Source: an uncultured Clostridiaceae bacterium
GTDB taxonomy: Bacteria; Bacillota; Clostridia; DUPQ01
Reading direction: 5' to 3'
DNA: 64,000 nt
Assembly: GCA_964563155.1 (NCBI GenBank)
Contig: CAZLVL010000007.1
Span: 6,389 to 70,388, forward strand
Positions 57,955 through 64,000 of this stretch are shown here, piece by piece. Position 1 is the first letter of the stretch, and each line of letters opens with the position of its first letter. The translations under genes were made by a program, and so were the position numbers. The notes below the pieces were generated by a model, which was not told the origin of the DNA, searched no databases, and saw only the letters and a list, made by a program, of their open reading frames with translations.

Positions 57955-60732
57955 TTATGAAGGCCAAGTTATTTCAATTTCAAAGCCTAGCTTGAATACT
58001 CTTTCATTAAAGTCTTTTATTGAAAGAACAAAGGAGTTAATACCTAGATTATCTATAGAAGGGGTTCCCAAAAGAGCTCCATCCTTTTTATCTATTGAAA
58101 GCCAGATTGGCCCATAAAGTTCATAGACTAAATCATCCATATGAGAGCCTAAAAAGCCTAAATCATAAAGATATGTAGGTTTACATGAATAGGGTTGGTC
58201 TACCAAGGCCTTGGAGTCTATAGTGTCTTTAAAAATAAAAGGGTAGGGAAGACTTAAAAGGTCAGATGCAAGACCCCTATTTTTATTCTTATCAATTGCA
58301 TAAACCCTATAGTGGAATTGCAGCAAATCTCTATCTTTAGTTAAATCAAGACTTAAGAAGGGATTTTTAACCTGTTTTAAAAGATTGCTGGCATGTTCAA
58401 GCATTTTTTTAGATGTAGAAGAAGCCTTGTAACTAAAGTATTTAGTGTGAGATGGAATAAATGAAGAAATGTTTTCAGCAAAAACCATATAGGATTTGGC
58501 ATTTTTTGCTTTATCCCAACTTAAAAGTAATTTGTCTTGACTAAGTTCTAAGATAAGTCCTTTTACCTTATCAGGTGCTTCATGGGTGTATCTTTTAACA
58601 GGAGACCAATAGCCCCACACTCCATTTTTGTTTTTAGCTCTTACCCTCCAGTAATAGTGGGTATTGGGCCTTAAAAGCTTATACACCTCTATTTTCACTT
58701 GAACCCTTTTAGATAGTTTATGAAAGGCTGGACTATAGGGGATTTCACAAGACCTATCTAAACTTAGAATAAATTCATATTCAGAAGCATCAGGTAGACT
58801 AGTCCAAGAAAAAAGTCCTCTTCTCGGCTCTCTTAGTTGAGGGGCTATGGGCCTATCCATGGTAGATATGATGTAAGAGTGAGTTATCCTTAGATTTCCT
58901 TCTTCTGCCCTAATACCAAACCTATTGTTTCCAGCTCTTAATCTAGGAATACAAGTCCAATTAGCTTGGAAATATATGGTAAGAGAGTTTAGTCTAAACT
59001 TAGCAGCTTGGCCCTCTATAATAACATAAATCTCATTTACTAAATCAGACAATTTTTGCCCTTCATTTATGCTTGAGTATAGGGCAAACTCCCCAAGTTC
59101 ATTAACTGAAAAGGTCTCGCTAGATAGATTAGAAGTAATTTCAAGGCATCCAGAATATAGTCTACCTTCTAACAAAAAGCCAGTGATGGGATAAGAAGAC
59201 TGGTGGTCAAACCAAACTTTTCCATCTTTTTCGCAGGAAAAGAGATTATCTGTAATGTTCATTTTCCTGTAATGGAAAAACTTACCTAGGTTGGGATTTC
59301 TATGAAAATTTAAAATCTTCTTTCCATTTATAATGTTGGCATAGGGTCTTTTCTTACCATAAAAGGCTCCATAAAAATCTGGAGAAAAGACAATTTTTTC
59401 CTTGGGTTTTAAATAGAAGCCCATGGTGTAGGGATCTTTATATGAATCTTGCCAGTTTTCCCAAGAGATATCCTTTTTTGCTAAATCTAAAAGATAAGCT
59501 TTAGAGCCCTGCCAGGATTTTAAGATTTTATACAAATCCTTTTGTAAGTCCTTGTAGTCTAAAAAGCCCTTTTCATCATCAGGCAAGATATTTCCTAAAA
59601 AAGGAGAAGTGCTCCCTTCAAAGGCATCTACCAAGGTCTCTTTAGAATCTATTGATACTCTTAAAAGAGAGGGATTATCTGGTCTTTTTTCAGTCTTTTT
59701 AACCCCTAGGCCAGAGGCCCTAAGAAAAAGAGCAAAAAGGGCATTTAAGCTTTCTTTTTCTCCTCCAGTCATAAAGTTAAGATACCTAATTAGTGAAAAA
59801 TTCTTATCTTCCATATGGTCTGCTAGGTTTTGGTCTTCTAGGTTAATGTATTCATTAAAAAACTTCCAAAGAAGATAAAGTTTTTTCTCTTTCTTATCAG
59901 TGTTTTTAAAAAGACTTTGTATTAGGTTTTTAGTATTAGAAAAGTCTAAAAAACTATCTTTAAAGCCATAGATATATATATCTTTGTCATCTTTGTTTTC
60001 AATGGAATATTCAAGGTTGTTTTCAAAGGCTGGTTTTTCCTTAGCAACTCTACTAGTATTGTGGTAGTCCAAAAAGGTAAAGTTATCTATTTGATATTTA
60101 TACAAAAGGTCTTTGGTCCTAGCTGTTCTACTGGTAGAAATTACAGGTCTAAAATCTAAATCCTCTAACATGGCATTTTCTGGCCTATCGCCTAAGAAAA
60201 CATATGGAATATTATATAGGTCAGTAAGAATTATAAGGGTGTCATTAGCTTCAATGTTTACATATTTTTGCCTAGATTCCTTGGTAGGAACAAACTTTTT
60301 TATTGGCCTTTTGGAGTTGTTAGAGTACATCATGTGGCTAGGTTCATCATTTATTTGGTCTTTTAAAAACATATGACCATATATGGAGCCATCATGGTTT
60401 AAAATGGTAATAATAGAGGGTTCTAGATGGCCTTGAGCTTTTGTAAGTACATAGATATATTTTTTGCTAAGAGCTAGACTATATGGACCATTTAGGTTAG
60501 GTCCAAAGCTTTGAATATGATTGTTTTTAACTAAAAGAAGTCTATGATAAAGAGTATCGCAGGCTAAAAAGTTGCCAGACTTAAAAGAAACTACCTGGGT
60601 AATGTCACCTAAATGGTCTGGGTATCCACTTACCCTTGTAAACACTCTATTATCCGGCATAATCAATTCTTTTTGGCTTATGTCCCAAAAAATACTATTC
60701 TCTTTATCTGAATAGACACAAATCTTTGCCAT
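57955..60732 (-). CDS. large (925 aa) uncharacterised cytoplasmic multidomain protein; FN3-like module, C-terminal putative-Ig segment, possible degenerate transglutaminase-like core
   Basis: AGAGGT RBS. No signal peptide or TM. YYWRVRAKNKNGVWGYWS (FN3-like). LSIDKKDGALLGTPS (putative Ig motif). GEKESLNALFALFLRASGLG aligns to the transglutaminase-like G-C-x-x-[FY]-A-x-x-F-x-x-L-x-R-x-x-G-I core with the Cys position occupied by Lys. Confidence 0.55.
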   Translation of the reverse strand: MAKICVYSDKENSIFWDISQKELIMPDNRVFTRVSGYPDHLGDITQVVSFKSGNFLACDTLYHRLLLVKNNHIQSFGPNLNGPYSLALSKKYIYVLTKAQGHLEPSIITILNHDGSIYGHMFLKDQINDEPSHMMYSNNSKRPIKKFVPTKESRQKYVNIEANDTLIILTDLYNIPYVFLGDRPENAMLEDLDFRPVISTSRTARTKDLLYKYQIDNFTFLDYHNTSRVAKEKPAFENNLEYSIENKDDKDIYIYGFKDSFLDFSNTKNLIQSLFKNTDKKEKKLYLLWKFFNEYINLEDQNLADHMEDKNFSLIRYLNFMTGGEKESLNALFALFLRASGLGVKKTEKRPDNPSLLRVSIDSKETLVDAFEGSTSPFLGNILPDDEKGFLDYKDLQKDLYKILKSWQGSKAYLLDLAKKDISWENWQDSYKDPYTMGFYLKPKEKIVFSPDFYGAFYGKKRPYANIINGKKILNFHRNPNLGKFFHYRKMNITDNLFSCEKDGKVWFDHQSSYPITGFLLEGRLYSGCLEITSNLSSETFSVNELGEFALYSSINEGQKLSDLVNEIYVIIEGQAAKFRLNSLTIYFQANWTCIPRLRAGNNRFGIRAEEGNLRITHSYIISTMDRPIAPQLREPRRGLFSWTSLPDASEYEFILSLDRSCEIPYSPAFHKLSKRVQVKIEVYKLLRPNTHYYWRVRAKNKNGVWGYWSPVKRYTHEAPDKVKGLILELSQDKLLLSWDKAKNAKSYMVFAENISSFIPSHTKYFSYKASSTSKKMLEHASNLLKQVKNPFLSLDLTKDRDLLQFHYRVYAIDKNKNRGLASDLLSLPYPFIFKDTIDSKALVDQPYSCKPTYLYDLGFLGSHMDDLVYELYGPIWLSIDKKDGALLGTPSIDNLGINSFVLSIKDFNERVFKLGFEIEITWPS

Positions 60733-60995
60733 GTAATTACCTCTATTTCCTTTATTCTAGCATGGCTATTTTTAATTATCAATTGAGCAAATAGTCCAAG
60801 ACACAGACTGGTCTACTATTAAGCATTTTCCATATTTACTCTTATGAAAGGTGATAATAGCAATAATTAAGGGATTTTACAGAAAATTACCTAGAAAATC
60901 AGGAAAATTGTGCAAAATCTCGTAAATTACATCCTATTTTACAAAAAAAGGAATATAATTAAATGAGATAAGATATTAATAATGGAGGTATGAAA

Positions 60996-62009
60996 ATGAA
61001 AGTTTGTCTAATAGGTGGCACCGGTTTATTAGGTAGTGAAGCCGCTAGAGAATTAATTGCTAGAGGCCATCAGGTTAAAGCTATAGCCTTACCACCTTTA
61101 CCTGAAGGAGCTGTGTTACCACCGGAAATGGAAATATCTTTTAATAACTATATGACCATGACCGATGATGAAATTCTAGAAATGTTTGAAGGCTGTGAGG
61201 GTTTTGTATTTGCAGCTGGAATAGATGAAAGAGTGGAAGGACCTCCACCAGTCTATGATCTTTTTAAGAAGTATAATATTGAGCCTTTAGAAAGACTATT
61301 AAGACTTGCTAAGGAGTCAGGAGTAAAACATAGTGTTGTTCACGGTTCCTATTTCTCCTATTTTGCCAAAGAGTGGAAAGACCTTAACCTAACAGAACAT
61401 CACCCATATATTAGGTCTAGGATAGATCAAGAGAAAATGGCTTTAAGTTTTGCAGATGATAACTTTGATGTAGCTATACTAGAGCTACCCTATATCTTTG
61501 GAGCTCAACCAGGTAGAAAGCCTGTATGGGTCTTTTTAATTGAAAACATTAGAGCTATGGGCAAAACAACCTTATGGCCCAAGGGTGGAACTACCATGGT
61601 TACAGTAAAGCAAGTTGCCCAAGCCACAGCAGGAGCTCTTGAAAAGAATAAAGGGGGGCAATCCTATCCCATAGGTTACTACAATATGACCTGGAAGGAA
61701 ATGCTAACCATAATGCACAAGCACATGGGAGAGCCAGATAGAAAGATTGTCACTATCCCTACTTTTTTATTCAAGCTTAATGCTAAGAAAATGCAAAAAG
61801 ACTTTGTCGCAAGAAACATTGAGCCAGGTTTAAACATGATTGAATTTGTAAAGCTACAATGTGCCAATCAGTTTATTGATAAGTCTTTAGGAAGTATTCC
61901 TCTTGGGGTCAAAGAAGATGATATAGATGCTGCTATTGGTGAAAGTGTAAAGCTTTGCATAGACATCATTGACAACAAACTTGAAACTGTAGATATGAAG
62001 GGTGAGTAG
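60996..62009 (+). CDS. NAD(P)-binding epimerase/dehydratase-like (extended SDR / NmrA-like) protein
   Basis: KVCLIGGTGLLGSEAAREL GxxGxxG Rossmann N-terminus. GGAGG RBS 7 nt before ATG at 60996. Confidence 0.7.
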   Translation: MKVCLIGGTGLLGSEAARELIARGHQVKAIALPPLPEGAVLPPEMEISFNNYMTMTDDEILEMFEGCEGFVFAAGIDERVEGPPPVYDLFKKYNIEPLERLLRLAKESGVKHSVVHGSYFSYFAKEWKDLNLTEHHPYIRSRIDQEKMALSFADDNFDVAILELPYIFGAQPGRKPVWVFLIENIRAMGKTTLWPKGGTTMVTVKQVAQATAGALEKNKGGQSYPIGYYNMTWKEMLTIMHKHMGEPDRKIVTIPTFLFKLNAKKMQKDFVARNIEPGLNMIEFVKLQCANQFIDKSLGSIPLGVKEDDIDAAIGESVKLCIDIIDNKLETVDMKGE

Positions 62010-62026
62010 TAGAGAAGAACCCTCTT

Positions 62027-62458
62027 TTACATACCAATTTCTTCTAGTATTTCAATAGCCAGAACTATTGCATTAGGACAAACCTCTTGCATGGTTTCTT
62101 TGTTTTGCTCTCTTTTTTCTTCATCTCTAACATCAAAACCTAATAATTCCTTGCAAAGATAACTTTTATTCCTTTTAACATACTCATCCATAAAACGTAT
62201 GGTTAAATTATTACAATTAGCTTTAGCATCTTGGTCATCTCCACTTTCTTGACCATATTTAAGACCTAAGGCCATAAGAGCACCGGTTACACCACCACAA
62301 ACCTCACCACAGCGCATACCACCACCAAAGGCTCCTGCCATTTTCATGGCTGTATTTTCATCTAATCCTAAGTCCTTAGCATAGGCTCCAATAACCGCCT
62401 GTGAGCAATTGTATCCAGTGGAAAATAGTTCTAAAGCTTTATCAATTCTTTTCTTCAT
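62027..62458 (-). CDS. C_GCAxxG_C_C family putative redox-active protein
   Basis: GYNCSQAVIGAY and CGEVCGGVTGALMALG motifs of the C_GCAxxG_C_C family. 143 aa. Confidence 0.65.
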   Translation of the reverse strand: MKKRIDKALELFSTGYNCSQAVIGAYAKDLGLDENTAMKMAGAFGGGMRCGEVCGGVTGALMALGLKYGQESGDDQDAKANCNNLTIRFMDEYVKRNKSYLCKELLGFDVRDEEKREQNKETMQEVCPNAIVLAIEILEEIGM

Positions 62459-62600
62459 ACTTATTCGTGTGTCTTATGAGTCACACTCCTCCTTGTTTTA
62501 GTAATCTAAGTTTTTGCTACCTATATAGTTACTTATTGTAGGCTAAACATAATTATCCTTTAACATAATATGATACAAGCATAGATTATGCAAAGTTATT

Positions 62601-62670
62601 AAGAAAAGAGGGAAGAGGAGAGAAAAAAGAAAGAAGAAAGAAAAGATAGAGAGAAAAGAAAGAAACCAGC
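62601..62670. repeat. ~70-nt polypurine (A/G-only apart from one T) tract followed by a 9-bp GC-rich hairpin (62661-62682)
   Basis: aagaaaagagggaagaggagagaaaaaagaaagaagaaagaaaagatagagagaaaagaaagaaacc, then GAAACCAGC-TCA-GCTGGTTTC. Confidence 0.8.
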
Positions 62671-62759
62671 TCAGCTGGTTTCTTGGAAAAGAGTAGTGTT
62701 AATTGGTTTGTGTTTCAATGATTATTTGCTTCGTTTATGCCTAATGCTTGCAAGGTGCG

Positions 62760-64000
62760 TCACTCTCCGAATGAGACCACATAGGTACTAAACTCACTTT
62801 CTTTTTGCGCTGTGATGATAAGTGTATCATTGCATGTCCACCGGTAGCTCCTTATCAACCCATCAATCAGGTTTGCATTTTCGACGGAAGCGGTCAGTAA
62901 CTTTTGTATCCCAGTCGCCAAATCGACAAGCATCACATCATCTGTACCGGCCATGGGGTCGCTTCCGTAACCGATTGCCATTATCTTGCCAGACGGCGAA
63001 AACTGCGTCTCGGAACCAAGGTACCCAACCACTTTTGTGATCAGTGTCATTAAGCCTGTTGAGGCGTCTATGCGGCTGATATATGCTGTGGTATCGGAAG
63101 TCCCGTCAACATAGCTTGCATAGACAACGATACCGTCATTTACGCCGTCTATACGGAAGTTGGGAAGATTCGGAAACGATACGGAAACAATGGCCCCTGT
63201 AGTTATATCTACAATGCGGGTATCATGGAGTGAGCCAACCATGACATGGTAATCGGACACAAAGCCAACAATATCGTTGTTGAGTGCCGGTTCGATGATC
63301 CGCTGTTCTTTCCCTGTTCGCAGATCGATTGCCCATATGGTGGTGTCCGAAGAAGTGTCTTCGCAATCCTTGTTGGTGCGGTAAAGTGCATAATTGCCAT
63401 GGGGACTGACGAAAACGCTGTCAATCCAAAGCAGATAATAGCCTACACTCCTTTTTTTTGCCTCAATTTCATCCCAGTTTTTTCCTTCGTATGTGTCACT
63501 TGTTATTTTCTCAGATGTCAAGATTTTCGGATCGATACGCCATATTCCCATGTCGGTATAGGCGAGATATATACCTGCTTTATCGGTGGTAACAAAACCG
63601 CAAGACTGACCACCACCCCATTCCGACGGATATACAAAATAGTCATCCTCAATCCGTGCCTGATAGAACAGACAGGAATACTCGCCCTTCGATACACTTT
63701 TTATATTAATGCTGAAAGGATATGTTTCCACAGCAGCCACATCATTACCCTTGAATCCAAAGGCATTGGTATGATCTGCGATAAATTCCCCGCGGCGTTC
63801 TTCAAGATCGTCCACACTGCCAATCTCCTGACCTTGTTCGTCAAGCATACCGTTTGGATAGAGAATACGCATCATTTCGTCGTAGTCTTGTTCACTGACG
63901 GATTTCACCCATAGGGTTGAATCGTTCTCACCAGTTAAAACTCCCATATTCGGGTCTTTTAGGACAGGGATATCGTTCACAGTGCTGGGCTTGTTGTTAG
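62760..64000 (-). CDS. beta-propeller-like (TolB/PD40-like?) protein in a GC-richer segment; 5' end probably beyond the window
   Basis: ORF ends at a TGA (62757-62759). Composition visibly richer in G+C than the rest of the window. Repeated hydrophobic/Gly-Asp-rich blade-like segments (IVGFVSDYHVMVGSLHDTRIVDITTG, DGIVVYASYVDGTSD). The frame stays open upstream of the GTG at 63980 to the window edge. Confidence 0.5.
   Translation of the reverse strand, partial: NNKPSTVNDIPVLKDPNMGVLTGENDSTLWVKSVSEQDYDEMMRILYPNGMLDEQGQEIGSVDDLEERRGEFIADHTNAFGFKGNDVAAVETYPFSINIKSVSKGEYSCLFYQARIEDDYFVYPSEWGGGQSCGFVTTDKAGIYLAYTDMGIWRIDPKILTSEKITSDTYEGKNWDEIEAKKRSVGYYLLWIDSVFVSPHGNYALYRTNKDCEDTSSDTTIWAIDLRTGKEQRIIEPALNNDIVGFVSDYHVMVGSLHDTRIVDITTGAIVSVSFPNLPNFRIDGVNDGIVVYASYVDGTSDTTAYISRIDASTGLMTLITKVVGYLGSETQFSPSGKIMAIGYGSDPMAGTDDVMLVDLATGIQKLLTASVENANLIDGLIRSYRWTCNDTLIITAQKESEFSTYVVSFGE

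Noticed and set aside
62461-62485. GTGTG...CACAC stem-loop over the 5' end of the C_GCAxxG gene
   Set aside because: Only a 5-bp stem with a 10-nt loop and no flanking signal. Likely incidental.
1-64000. Mobile elements, CRISPR arrays, tRNA/rRNA genes, toxin-antitoxin or recognisable phage-defence cassettes
   Set aside because: No transposase/integrase/recombinase-like ORFs, no regularly spaced direct repeats, and no tRNA cloverleaf candidates were seen in the intergenic regions. The only hint of foreign DNA is the GC-rich terminal segment reported in the findings.

Overview
Low-GC (about one-third GC by eye) Firmicutes/Clostridia-like chromosomal segment, densely coded, with no rRNA, tRNA, CRISPR array or transposase/integrase visible. 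Product calls are by-eye motif recognition only; no database search or computation was possible.

Main content, 5' to 3':
- Partial aldo/keto reductase, a GH78-like rhamnosidase and a cold-shock gene with its own promoter and terminator.
- A folate C1 pair (FtcD-like cyclodeaminase plus folD) and a LysR regulator.
- A redox supra-operon: a perfect Rex box, rex, adhE, a kinase-like phosphotransferase, then an Hfs-type module (thioredoxin-like 2Fe-2S protein, PAS-containing sensory [FeFe]-hydrogenase, PP2C phosphatase, second [FeFe]-hydrogenase).
- A rhodanese lipoprotein, an FAD disulfide reductase and a convergent internally duplicated Cys/His membrane protein, possibly a thiol/sulfur handling module.
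- A ~24-unit WG-repeat surface protein followed by an ABC-2 exporter, MATE and MFS transporters.
- GH20 hexosaminidase, gnd, an SDR and an orphan LarA-like gene.
- A lipoprotein gene interrupted by an in-frame TGA, then a ~400 bp non-coding stretch with a strong promoter feeding an XRE-cupin regulator plus potABCD.
- Orphan mreB paralog, MDR dehydrogenase, UMF1-type MFS, ComEC-like MBL protein, cyclase, Gfo/Idh/MocA oxidoreductase, TM2 protein, mntP, DUF45 hydrolase, DHHW protein.
- A signal-peptide-less glycan-degrading cluster: heparinase II/III-like protein, BNR/sialidase-like protein and GH38 alpha-mannosidase.
- An XRE-HTH::ADP-ribosylglycohydrolase fusion co-oriented with an uncharacterised 925-aa multidomain protein.
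- A final ~1.3 kb markedly GC-richer gene, preceded by a 70-nt polypurine tract and a strong hairpin, which looks horizontally acquired.

Top candidates for novelty are the HTH::ARH fusion with its 925-aa partner, the rex-adhE-kinase-hfs linkage, and the rhodanese/disulfide-reductase/membrane-protein module.
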